Source: Candidatus Calditenuaceae archaeon HR02
GTDB taxonomy: Archaea; Thermoproteota; Nitrososphaeria_A; Caldarchaeales; Calditenuaceae
NCBI GenBank assembly: GCA_002898395.1
Contig: BEHE01000007.1
Coordinates: 1-64,000 of the forward strand
Direction: 5' to 3'
Length of the DNA: 64,000 nucleotides
Shown here: in pieces, positions 19,103 through 28,684 of the stretch
How the letters are laid out: each line of letters begins with the position of its first letter
How positions within the stretch are numbered: the first letter of the stretch is position 1
Position numbers and translations under genes: made by a program
Notes under the pieces: model-generated
What the model saw: only the letters and a program-made list of their open reading frames with translations
Databases searched by the model: none
What the model was told of the DNA's origin: nothing

Positions 19103-20842
19103 ATGACGCAGGTAGTGCTAACATACGATCCATCACTGGGACACATGTTTCACAATTTTCCGCTCCTCAGCTTTCTACCTTGCGCGCCTGTCAGATACGT
19201 TCCACCGCCTATATACAAGTATCTGAGTAAGCCGGATGTCCCGGCAGACGAGTATGGACGCGCCCTCCTAGCACCCTACGGGATCAGGAAGATTGAGGCA
19301 TGTCTAAAGACGAAGTCGAAGCTACGGGCCGAAGTCGTCCATCACAACCACCTTGATAGACACATCAGAGAGGATACTAAGATAATAGCCGTTAACACAA
19401 TGGACCCGTTAGGGATTGGGCCTCTAACGATAATGTTCAACAACTGTGGACGTGAGAAGTCTTGGGTCGCATACGAGTTTGAGAACCTCATATACACGAT
19501 AAATGTTCTACGTAGGAATAGGTGTCCCAAGGCCAAGCTCATAGTGGGTGGTGCGGGTGAATGGGAGTTTGAGATTAGGCCAGAAATGATAGATGCACTT
19601 GGGATAGACCACGTAGTTCAGGGAGAAATGGACGACATAATCCACATCCTATTCGAGGGTTTGATTGAGAACGACATCGACAACTCTATATTCTTTCACG
19701 GTTTCAGAACAACCGTCTTCAACCAGTACGGGCGCGCTACAGTAACCTATGTGAAGGATCCTCGTGGGCGCTTCATAACGCGACACCCATTCTCCAAGTA
19801 TAGGCTCCCCAAGATAGATGACATTCCAACCATTGTTGGCGGCACCATCAGCGGCCAAGTAGAGATTATGAGAGGGTGCGGGCTTGACTGTGACTTCTGC
19901 GAGGTTACGACGCGCCCTCTCCGATATTATCCGCCAGAAAAGGTCCTAGAGGAGGTTAGGGTGAACCTGAGATATGGTGTTAGAAACGCGTGGTTCATTA
20001 CAGATAATCAGTGGGCCTACATGTTAAGAGACCCTGACTACTGGCCGAATAGAGAGGCAATCGAAAAACTCTACAGAACCGTCATGTCGCAGAACGGTGT
20101 GACGCATGCAAACCCAATGCACGCGACACTCGCGCCCCCCGCCGCAGACCCAGAGCTGCCCATGGTGATTTCTAAGATAGTGGGGGCGGGTCCGGGGAAG
20201 CATGTTGGTGTTCAGATAGGCTTGGAGACTGGAAGTGACAAGCTGATCCTGCAACACATGTCGAGGAAGGCCCTACCATTCCGTGTTGGCGTGGATGCGA
20301 CCTGGTCCGAGATAGTGGTTGAGGGGCAGAAGGCCCTAAACGCTGCCTACTGGCTTCCAGCCTACACTATAATACTGGGGCTCGGAGGTGAGACGGACGA
20401 CGACATCTGGGACACTATTGGTCTGATCAACCACATGGCCTCCCTAGGGCTCCTCTTCACTGTCACTCCCATGGCGCTCGTAAGCCTTGGCTCTCTACGC
20501 GGAAACCAATCCCTCACCGACGTCTATGCTAGCCTAACTCCCGCGCAGGCAGCCCTAATCTATGTCTGCTGGAGGAATACGCGGAGGATGGCTGAGCTTC
20601 TCGCGTGGAGGCTTGGGAGCGATAATCCGGTACTAAAGCTTGTCACAGGGGGGATCCTCGCTTTCGGCGCTAACTTCTGGGTAAACTCTATTGAGCGCTA
20701 CTTCAGAAAGGTTAACCCCGAGGCGGGAAGAGCCATCGAGAAGGCTAAAAACTACACTACAGTCTACTCGAAGGGCACCGACTTCAACAGGCTTAGAGAG
20801 CGGTTTAAGGAGATCAAGAGCAAGCCCACTATACCTAACTAG
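19103..20842 (+). CDS. Radical SAM protein, probably with a B12-binding-like N-terminal domain
   Basis: RGCGLDCDFC CxxxCxxC; APYGIRKIEA, MDPLGIGP, IVGGAG; GLETGS. Confidence 0.85.
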   Translation: MTQVVLTYDPSLGHMFHNFPLLSFLPCAPVRYVPPPIYKYLSKPDVPADEYGRALLAPYGIRKIEACLKTKSKLRAEVVHHNHLDRHIREDTKIIAVNTMDPLGIGPLTIMFNNCGREKSWVAYEFENLIYTINVLRRNRCPKAKLIVGGAGEWEFEIRPEMIDALGIDHVVQGEMDDIIHILFEGLIENDIDNSIFFHGFRTTVFNQYGRATVTYVKDPRGRFITRHPFSKYRLPKIDDIPTIVGGTISGQVEIMRGCGLDCDFCEVTTRPLRYYPPEKVLEEVRVNLRYGVRNAWFITDNQWAYMLRDPDYWPNREAIEKLYRTVMSQNGVTHANPMHATLAPPAADPELPMVISKIVGAGPGKHVGVQIGLETGSDKLILQHMSRKALPFRVGVDATWSEIVVEGQKALNAAYWLPAYTIILGLGGETDDDIWDTIGLINHMASLGLLFTVTPMALVSLGSLRGNQSLTDVYASLTPAQAALIYVCWRNTRRMAELLAWRLGSDNPVLKLVTGGILAFGANFWVNSIERYFRKVNPEAGRAIEKAKNYTTVYSKGTDFNRLRERFKEIKSKPTIPN

Positions 20843-21264
20843 TCCCTTACATGCGTAGGTCTATGCTTATGCTCGAATACTGTGGTAATTATGCTCTCCC
20901 TCACTTGGCTTGGGAGAATAGCTGACGAAAGCCACATGCCAAACGCCCTCCTCTCATAAACGTTCGCAGGTCTCTTGAACACAATCAACCTCTTTATCGT
21001 CTGGTATACGCGATTGTTGCTGTGAACCCTCGGAATATAGTATAGTCTGAGTATCCGTCTGCTTCCAATTCGGCCCCGAGGCCTTGCAAACCTCCCCAAC
21101 CTCATCTCAACAAAACTTAGTAGACCGTCATAAACGAGCCTGTTCAGCGTGGCCTGGGCGGTCGCCATCTTACACCTTGCCCTACGTGCGATAAGGGGCA
21201 CAGGTAAAGGCCCATACCTCTTAAGAGTTGTAATAACCCTCGCAGTAGCCGGCCCCCTAATCAT
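20839..21264 (-). CDS. Basic winged-helix-like DNA-binding protein (hypothetical)
   Basis: LKRYGPLPVPLIARRARC...QATLNRLVYDGLL HTH-like pattern; TATA-like TATATTTA upstream. Confidence 0.55.
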   Translation of the reverse strand: MIRGPATARVITTLKRYGPLPVPLIARRARCKMATAQATLNRLVYDGLLSFVEMRLGRFARPRGRIGSRRILRLYYIPRVHSNNRVYQTIKRLIVFKRPANVYERRAFGMWLSSAILPSQVRESIITTVFEHKHRPTHVRD

Positions 21265-21471
21265 ACGCTTCTAAATATATTTCGATATACTTTGATTTAA
21301 ATCTACTTAAGCTATATAAAAAAGATAATATGCCGGTACTCCTGCCTGGACGCCGGTCAGACAGCCCCCCTCCTTATAAGACTGCGCAAAATCTGATATT
21401 ATTAGCAGGCCGGCATTATTAGGTCTCCTGGGTGAGACGTCACGGGCCCCCAATCCAGGCAGAGCACGGAA

Positions 21472-22125
21472 ATGCTTGCCACAGGTATACGTAGCCTGGA
21501 TTCGATGCTCGGGGGGCTGGAGGCTAGGCGGCTCCACCTGATCGTCGGGGAGGAGAAGAGTGGGAAGACGACCCTCGCGCTACAGGTTGCATCAATAGCC
21601 TCTGGAACGGGGTTTGAAGTTCTCTGGCTAGACTGTAGTGGTAGACTGCACCCAGCCAGGCTTAGGTCCCTAGCAAATCACTGGAGTGCAGACCTGTATA
21701 GAATTAAGATTTCCATCCCTGAGACCTTCTCTGAGCAGTTGAGGCTAATAATTTGGGCTTGCGACTACATCCAAGAACCGGGCATAATAGTTGTGGACGA
21801 CTTCACATACCTACACAGGGTGGAGGCTTCAGGAGTCTCTCCTCGTGATAAGTGGATTTATAAGATGCTCGCGTTCCAGTCCGCCCTCCTCAAAGAGGTG
21901 ACGCGGTCCCGCAACGTGACCTCAATCATTGTCTCAGAAATTCATGAGAGGCCTGGCCTAGGCCAGCCTCAGCCAATAGCTAGCGCGATCATCTCTTATT
22001 ATGCGGATACTGAGTTGTGGATACGGCCTATTACAGCCGGTAGACGGTTGTTATGGGTGAACATAAATGACAAATCGTTATCACTCCGTGTTAGATTATT
22101 CGAAGGCGGAATTGCAGAAGACTAG
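21472..22125 (+). CDS. radB: RadB-like RecA-family ATPase
   Basis: TGIRSLDSMLGG, GEEKSGKT Walker A, IVVDD Walker B; no N-terminal HhH domain. Confidence 0.75.
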   Translation: MLATGIRSLDSMLGGLEARRLHLIVGEEKSGKTTLALQVASIASGTGFEVLWLDCSGRLHPARLRSLANHWSADLYRIKISIPETFSEQLRLIIWACDYIQEPGIIVVDDFTYLHRVEASGVSPRDKWIYKMLAFQSALLKEVTRSRNVTSIIVSEIHERPGLGQPQPIASAIISYYADTELWIRPITAGRRLLWVNINDKSLSLRVRLFEGGIAED

Positions 22126-22500
22126 CTATATTTTTGCCGTATATCCCGCGAAAAGTCCAAGTGCAGATAGGAGAATGAGAAGCGATGCTCCAAGTGTAGC
22201 GTAGCCAACTGCCCTATCAGTTAGACGCCCCGTCGAGGCAAAGTAAAACAGGGTTAGACCGATTAAGCCCAAAGCGTAGTACAGTGAGACGACTATAAAC
22301 TCGGCCACTGTCTGGATAGTTTGCGTTGGTGCAAAGATTTGGCGGCCATAGAAAGTGGCTACATGGCTCACTGTTACGAAGACCACGCCACTCATGACGA
22401 GTATTACTGTGAACATCAAAATTGCAGCCAGCAAGCCGCGCCCCTTAACTACCCAGTCGAGCGAGAGCACGGTGCCTAGAGTTCTCTTAACCCTCTCCAA
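22126..22500 (-). CDS. OST3/OST6/DC2(OSTC)-like membrane protein
   Basis: Three TM helices; SGVVF...QTVAE...LGLIG...AKI resembles eukaryotic DC2/Ost3 C-terminal region; divergent from aglB. Confidence 0.55.
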   Translation of the reverse strand: MERVKRTLGTVLSLDWVVKGRGLLAAILMFTVILVMSGVVFVTVSHVATFYGRQIFAPTQTIQTVAEFIVVSLYYALGLIGLTLFYFASTGRLTDRAVGYATLGASLLILLSALGLFAGYTAKI

Positions 22501-22821
22501 CCCCTATGAAGTGCAAGCACCTCAAATATAACATTACCGCTATCGGAACCGCTATCGGAGTGGAGCCGCGCTAATAGTCTTGCAACCTTATAATAAGTTT
22601 GTTTTTGAGAAAACATTCCATAACTCTAAAACACATCCCAAGACCCTGTAAGATATGGGGCCGAAACTAGTTCTGCAGACTTGAGGGCCCTCTTCTACCC
22701 CGAGCACGGTCCGGGTGGACTGTAATCGTCGATAAAATTGTTAGCAGCGGTTAGGGTATTTGATCCTACGCAGGATGTGTGATTATCACTTTATATGCTG
22801 CTGCTCTAATGGTCTGAGGAG

Positions 22822-24966
22822 ATGGCCGGCTCGGTGAGGGCTTTCCTCGGTAGGGCGTCGGATGTTTTCTTAAGCTTGGACAGGAAGGTTGGTGGTAAGG
22901 AGTTTTACGCCCCTCTCGCCGTGCTATTGATAGCTGTGGCAGTGACTTTCATGTCGAGGTCGCTACCCGCTAGGTGGGGATTCATTTTGAGCGAGTTCGA
23001 CCCCTGGTGGCACTTCAAGACCGCTTCCATGATCGTTGAGAGGGGGTGGGCAGGGTTCTTCGAGTTCTCCGGACTCGTAGATAATAAGAGCTGGTATCCG
23101 ACCGGCCTCCAGGTTGGCAAGACCTTCTATCCCGGAGTCTCATTCACCCTCGCATTCATCTATCTCGCCCTCTCCTCCATCGGAGTCAATGTAGACTTAA
23201 TCGAACTCGCGTCAACCCTACCGGTATTATATGGCATCTTAGCGGTAGTAGTCACATTCTTGCTAGCTAGGTACGTTTTGGGGACAGGCCCAGCAATATC
23301 CTCGGCCCTGCTAATGTCCATAAGTTATGCACACATCTCTAGGACGCACCTTGGGTGGCTTGATGACGAGGCGCTAGCTATCCCGCTCATGCATGCAGCC
23401 TTCCTGACATATCTCGCATCGATAAACGAGAAGAGGTCTATTAAGGGCTCCCTAGTCATGGGGCTGCTTACAGGGCTTCTCCTCGGCTACACCGGCGCTA
23501 CATGGGGTGCACACAGGCTTCCAGTCATGATGGTCTTCCTGTTTACTGCGCTCCTAGTATTCATGGGCAGGTATAGGAGGCAGCTTCTAGCGAGCTTCAT
23601 ACCACTACTCGCCTCAACGTCAATAATACTGTTGAGTGTCCCGAAGCTAGGCTTCTCGTACCTGTTTGAGATCACTCTCCTTTCAGGATATTTGTCACTG
23701 GCGTATGTTGTGTTGGCTGAAGTGCTCTACCGATATATAGGGTCTCAGAGAGCGGTAATAGCACTAAGGGGGATTGCCATAGGGCTCATGTTGCTCGTAG
23801 CCGGCTTGGTTGTAGCCGAGGTTGCCAATCTTCCGGGGCTAAAATTCCTCTCAGTGGTTTTCCCCCAGCTAAGAGGCGAGCTGGTGATAATCGCCTCGGT
23901 AGCCGAGAACCAGGCCGCGACTTGGTCAACACTTTTCACAGACTTTGGACCAACGCTGATGTTGGTGCCTTTTGGAATCTACCTCCTCATCAAAAGGGCT
24001 GGAGACGGGGACATATTCTTCACACTCTACGCAGTCCTCTCACTGTACTTTGCCTCCTCGCTTGTCCGGCTGGCCCTACCCACCTCCCCCATCGTCGCCA
24101 TCTTGGCTGGCTTTGTCTTAACAGAGATGCTTGCGCTCGCGTCTAGAAATCTTATCCAACCCCGTGGACCTAGGGTGAGAAAGACTGGTGAGAGGAGGTT
24201 TTTGATTACTGTCCCACTGATTATTATGGCTCTGATATCAATCTACTATCTCCCACAGGCGATGGGAAATACTTGGGCATTCTCGTCCCTCGACGCTGCC
24301 TATACTCCCAGCACGATAACCTCCGCATCACTTCCAACAGGCAGGAACTTAGTATTGAATGACTGGGTGCGCGCGGTTGAGTGGATGAGGAACAACCTTC
24401 CAGACAACGCCGTTGTAGCAGCATGGTGGGACTATGGCAACTGGATATCAATAGTGGCTAACAGGACCTCGCTAGTAGATAACACGACAATAGACAGTCT
24501 AAGAATAGCAAAAGTAGGGTATGCATTCCTATCACCAACCAACGTTAGTCTAAGGATCTTCAAAGAGATGGGCGCGACACACGTTCTCATCTTCGTCACA
24601 CATAGACCACAGACGGGGGCTGGAGACTATCCCAGGCTCCTCTACTATGGCGACGAGTCTAAATGGTTCTGGATGCTCCGCATAGCCAATCAGCATGCAC
24701 GCCAGCTCGGGCTGGCTCCAATAGACGAGGTGGCGGTCCTCGGTCCCAATAGGGACCCGACGAACCCTACAGAAAAGTTCTGGACCGATACTACGCTCGG
24801 TAGACTGATACCGTTCAAGCCTAGGCAGACCACAGACGCATTCGGCAACACTGTAACTGCATACTATTATGAGGAGCCTAGGGTCGAGGGTTATAGGCTA
24901 GTGTTCGCATCCTCGGCACCTTACTCTAGCTTGGCGTACGTATACATCTATGAGATTACTGGTTAG
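22822..24966 (+). CDS. aglB: Oligosaccharyltransferase AglB (STT3)
   Basis: EFDPWWH, DDE, SVAEN, WWDYG, DNTT, DESK motifs. Confidence 0.96.
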   Translation: MAGSVRAFLGRASDVFLSLDRKVGGKEFYAPLAVLLIAVAVTFMSRSLPARWGFILSEFDPWWHFKTASMIVERGWAGFFEFSGLVDNKSWYPTGLQVGKTFYPGVSFTLAFIYLALSSIGVNVDLIELASTLPVLYGILAVVVTFLLARYVLGTGPAISSALLMSISYAHISRTHLGWLDDEALAIPLMHAAFLTYLASINEKRSIKGSLVMGLLTGLLLGYTGATWGAHRLPVMMVFLFTALLVFMGRYRRQLLASFIPLLASTSIILLSVPKLGFSYLFEITLLSGYLSLAYVVLAEVLYRYIGSQRAVIALRGIAIGLMLLVAGLVVAEVANLPGLKFLSVVFPQLRGELVIIASVAENQAATWSTLFTDFGPTLMLVPFGIYLLIKRAGDGDIFFTLYAVLSLYFASSLVRLALPTSPIVAILAGFVLTEMLALASRNLIQPRGPRVRKTGERRFLITVPLIIMALISIYYLPQAMGNTWAFSSLDAAYTPSTITSASLPTGRNLVLNDWVRAVEWMRNNLPDNAVVAAWWDYGNWISIVANRTSLVDNTTIDSLRIAKVGYAFLSPTNVSLRIFKEMGATHVLIFVTHRPQTGAGDYPRLLYYGDESKWFWMLRIANQHARQLGLAPIDEVAVLGPNRDPTNPTEKFWTDTTLGRLIPFKPRQTTDAFGNTVTAYYYEEPRVEGYRLVFASSAPYSSLAYVYIYEITG

Positions 24967-25721
24967 CCGATATAGGAGGGTGCGCTCCCCCTCCGCTCCA
25001 TCTCTTCAAAGAACCTACTAGCCTCTCTCAGAAGTTGCTGCTGCTTCTCTATCTCCGCGTCTAGCTTGGACGTGTCAACGGGTATCCCGAGGTATCCTGA
25101 CAGTATTGCCAAAACCTTCTTCGCCGAGGCTAGGTCTGGCGCGAGGCCCATAGTGTCTGATATTAAGAGATCCATGGGTATGCGGTTCAGGTGGAACCGT
25201 AGCATCAGCGAGGATGTGAGTCTATCGACAGGCAGTGTTTCGATGTTCGTTGCAGCTTTTGCTCCTAGGCGGACCAGCCGTCTTACCCTCTCCATATCCG
25301 TGGATGATGCGTAGACCTCGCCTGAGGCATTGACCCTACCGCTTGTAAGGACTACAAGGGCGCTGATCTTTGACGAGGGGAGATAGTTGAGCAAGATCTC
25401 CGATACCTCTTCACCCACCTCGGTTGTCTCTATGATGAAGTTCCTCGTCACGATAAGTAGTGCTTGCCTCTGGTTTGTGCGAGGCCTCGCGAGGTAGACC
25501 TCAATCTTAGGTGGCGCGGCAACGCCTTCATTGTTTATCAAAGTGACTTGGGGGAAATGTGGTGAGAGGATCTCCGCGGCCTTAATCGCCTCTAAGCTCT
25601 CCTGTAGGATGCTAGAAACGATGAGTGCGACAACCCCAGGCCCACCACCTGCATCTACGATGGTGTACTCTACGTCGTCTATCGGTACTTGAGTAAGCTT
25701 ATTAAGCCTCGTCTCCCTCAA
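24963..25721 (-). CDS. PAC2-family proteasome assembly chaperone-like protein
   Basis: GPGVVA, PDLASAKKVL...LGIPVDTSKL, C-terminal YIG. Confidence 0.7.
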   Translation of the reverse strand: MRETRLNKLTQVPIDDVEYTIVDAGGGPGVVALIVSSILQESLEAIKAAEILSPHFPQVTLINNEGVAAPPKIEVYLARPRTNQRQALLIVTRNFIIETTEVGEEVSEILLNYLPSSKISALVVLTSGRVNASGEVYASSTDMERVRRLVRLGAKAATNIETLPVDRLTSSLMLRFHLNRIPMDLLISDTMGLAPDLASAKKVLAILSGYLGIPVDTSKLDAEIEKQQQLLREASRFFEEMERRGSAPSYIG

Positions 25722-25863
25722 GCCCTGCCTTTAATCCTGATATACGGTCTATTAAATACATCAACGAGTCCCATGTTTTGTATAGGCTGGTCTTTTTATA
25801 TCATATTTGTGTAGGTATATGCAGTTTAAATATATCGATAATAGGGACCTAATACGATGGTAC

Positions 25864-26709
25864 ATGAGCGAAGAGCAGGAGTTACCGGTTCTGGTTTCCA
25901 CCGAGTGGGTTGCGAAAAACCTCAACAGACCCGATGTCCGTGTAGTTGAGGTCGACTATGACCCGCAGACAGCCTATTTTCAAGGACATGTGCGGGGGGC
26001 CGTCCTTTGGGACTGGAAAAAGGACATCAACGATCCTATAGAGAGGAACATCATCAGTAAGGAGGGGTTCGAGTCCCTCTGCTCGCGTAGCGGAATCTCA
26101 AATGACACCCACATAGTCCTTTACGGCGATTTCAACAACTGGTTTGCCGCCTTCGCATTCTGGGTTGCTAGACTTTACGGCCACCAGAAGTTGAGTATAA
26201 TGGATGGTGGTAGGAAAAAGTGGATAGCTGAGGAGAGGGAGCTTGTGAAGGAGGCCCCTAGCCCAGCCCCGACCAGTTATAAGGTCACTAAGGTTCGATA
26301 TGAGTATAGGATTCTTCTACCTGATGTCCGCGCAAGGCTCGGGAGCCCCACGGTAGCTTTAGTCGATGTGAGGTCGCCGGATGAGTATACTGGAAAAATC
26401 TTAGCTCCTCCCGAGTATCCTACAGAGCACGCGCAGAGGGGAGGCCACATTCCTGGCGCAGTAAACATACCGTGGGCACGGGCACTTAACGAGGACGGCA
26501 CCTTCAAACCCATCGAGGAGTTGAGAAGGCTCTACCAAGGCATGGGAGTGACGCCTGATAAAGAGGTGATAACCTACTGCAGGATTGGTGAGAGATCGTC
26601 CGTGACGTGGTTTGTTCTCAAGGAGTTGCTCAAGTATCCTAAAGTCAGGAACTATGATGGAAGCTGGAGCGAGTGGGGCAACGTAGTCGGCACACCAATA
26701 GAGAAATAA
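25864..26709 (+). CDS. Thiosulfate/3-mercaptopyruvate sulfurtransferase (tandem rhodanese)
   Basis: LVSTEWV, GHIPGA, CRIGER active site, YDGSWSEWG. Confidence 0.93.
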   Translation: MSEEQELPVLVSTEWVAKNLNRPDVRVVEVDYDPQTAYFQGHVRGAVLWDWKKDINDPIERNIISKEGFESLCSRSGISNDTHIVLYGDFNNWFAAFAFWVARLYGHQKLSIMDGGRKKWIAEERELVKEAPSPAPTSYKVTKVRYEYRILLPDVRARLGSPTVALVDVRSPDEYTGKILAPPEYPTEHAQRGGHIPGAVNIPWARALNEDGTFKPIEELRRLYQGMGVTPDKEVITYCRIGERSSVTWFVLKELLKYPKVRNYDGSWSEWGNVVGTPIEK

Positions 26710-26734
26710 GCCGAGAGGGTAGTTATCCTAGGCT

Positions 26735-27412
26735 GTGGTGGAAGAAATCCAAGCCTGCGGCTTCTCGAGCAACCACCTATACTTTCTCGAAGAGATGCTG
26801 TGGCTGAGCCCGATTCGGGACAGAGTTTTTAGAGTCGGAATACTACCAATTACTCAGACTCTTTGGGGTAAGGTAACCTCAGTAAGTGTTAAGCAGCCTG
26901 GTGACGAGGTTGCGGCGAACAGGGCTATCTGCCTTATAGAATCCCGTAGATTCTTAGGCAATGTCAGGGCTCCTTTCGACCTGAGGATAGAGCGCCTCAA
27001 CATGGAGGCTGTTGAGCGGCCTTGGATTTTGCAGAGGGGCTTCGGCGAGGCTGCCTGGCTCTGCGAAGTGGCCGCCTTAGAGGATAATTGCTTGACCAGG
27101 CTGAAGAGTTGGAGCGAGATAAGGGGGGAGGTAGAGAGGATGATCAGCGAGAAGGGGATAATCTGTTTCAGAGAAGTGCCAGACTATGTACACGCCGCGA
27201 TCGGGATTGACTGTAGCCAGCTACTTATGGTGCTCTCAGACAAACTTGAAGGTCTTCCTGAGGGAAGCATCATCCACATAGTTGCCGACTATAATGAGGG
27301 GGCTGAGAAGGATTTGGAGAAGTGGAGCAGAATTACGGGGAACGAGGTGCTGGACTTTAGGGTAGAGAAGAGGCTTGCCCACGCGCTGATTCGCCGTAGG
27401 ACCCAATTTTAG
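26735..27412 (+). CDS. GcvH/LbpA-like domain fused to a C-terminal TusA-like domain
   Basis: RVGI...IESRRFLGNVRAP...N...P...WL (GcvH fold, Arg at the lipoyl-Lys site); AIGIDC...IHIVAD...DLEKWSRITGNEVL (TusA). Confidence 0.7.
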   Translation: MVEEIQACGFSSNHLYFLEEMLWLSPIRDRVFRVGILPITQTLWGKVTSVSVKQPGDEVAANRAICLIESRRFLGNVRAPFDLRIERLNMEAVERPWILQRGFGEAAWLCEVAALEDNCLTRLKSWSEIRGEVERMISEKGIICFREVPDYVHAAIGIDCSQLLMVLSDKLEGLPEGSIIHIVADYNEGAEKDLEKWSRITGNEVLDFRVEKRLAHALIRRRTQF

Positions 27413-27457
27413 CTCAAGAATTAAACTTTTATTCCACGAGTCTCTTCTCCGTGGTGA

Positions 27458-28615
27458 ATGGTGCTACTGAAGAGTAGCCTTGGATATATGAACAGTGTTA
27501 TGCAAAACCTCGCGGAGATAGATCTAAACCAGGCCGCGGAGCTGTACCGGGACCTTAAGTCAGCCGGAGTTATTGTCCCACATGGAGAGGGAAGAAGTAA
27601 AGGGGCTGTAAGCATAATCTGCAGCGAGCTAGCGAAGATGGATCGTGGAAAGGTTGTAGTCGACAGAAGCGATGTGGGTTTTCCTGATAGGAGTTTTGAC
27701 CAAGCCGCGCCCAAGCTTAAGCAGAGATTCGGCAGAGTCAGCCTCCTGATACTTTCGGGTAGCGGAAGGTCGCTTATGCCCCTCGTCGATGCCCAGAAGC
27801 TAGCTCTTGCGATCTCAAGGTCTGAGAAGATGGGCGACTATACAATTGATGTTGTTACTAGTGATCCTGACTCTCCTCTGGGAAAGCTTGGACAGAAGTA
27901 TGGGTCATGCACCCGTGTTAAGGGGCGTACGGTCTCTGAGGAGAATTCCTCGACCTCTGAATTTAAGCAGTATGGTATTCTCGAGGATGTCTTTATTCTT
28001 GGAGCCTCTGTTCTCCTCCAAGCTGTTGCCGAGTGTATCTACGAGGACAGCGACCCTCTCAACATCTCAGAGAAGATAAACCAGTTAATGGTCGAGACCA
28101 ACGAGGTTGTAGAGAATGTGATAAGGTCTGACTTTATACATTGGATTGTGGAGCTGCTTGAGAGGAGGAATACATGCTTCTTGGCGGGGCTCGGAAGTAG
28201 TCAGGAAGTGGCTAGGATGACTGGCGTGAGGCTTGGGCATGTGAAGAGGGCGATTGGCGACCATGTATATGTTGCAGGAGACACTAATGTCCCGCCCCCG
28301 AGGGCCGGGGATGTCCTTATCGCGATTTCGCACAGCGGTGAGACCGAGGTTGTCGCCTCTTGGTGTAGGACGTTTAAGAAGATGGGCGGGTATGTTGTCT
28401 CGGTAGTTGGTGCTAAGGATTCTACAATAGGCTCTCTATCAGACCAGACACTCTACATACCTTCTAGATACTCGCCTGGCAGGCCTAACGACTTCTATCT
28501 CAAAGCGGCCTTCGCCACGAGCCCTCTCCCACTATACCTAGTCGACAGGCTACAGGAGAGGGGTCTTAAGCTTCCAGAATACATACTGCGCTGGTACCAC
28601 TCGATAATGGCGTAA
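27458..28615 (+). CDS. Tandem SIS-domain protein (hexulose-6-phosphate isomerase-like)
   Basis: GEGRS/SGSG in domain 1; GLGSS/ISHSGET in domain 2. Confidence 0.75.
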   Translation: MVLLKSSLGYMNSVMQNLAEIDLNQAAELYRDLKSAGVIVPHGEGRSKGAVSIICSELAKMDRGKVVVDRSDVGFPDRSFDQAAPKLKQRFGRVSLLILSGSGRSLMPLVDAQKLALAISRSEKMGDYTIDVVTSDPDSPLGKLGQKYGSCTRVKGRTVSEENSSTSEFKQYGILEDVFILGASVLLQAVAECIYEDSDPLNISEKINQLMVETNEVVENVIRSDFIHWIVELLERRNTCFLAGLGSSQEVARMTGVRLGHVKRAIGDHVYVAGDTNVPPPRAGDVLIAISHSGETEVVASWCRTFKKMGGYVVSVVGAKDSTIGSLSDQTLYIPSRYSPGRPNDFYLKAAFATSPLPLYLVDRLQERGLKLPEYILRWYHSIMA

Positions 28616-28684
28616 CGCGTTAGTCTCGCATAGTAGGGCTGTTGGTTTTCTGTGTAGCGGGAGGCCTAATAGAGTCGGAGGCTG

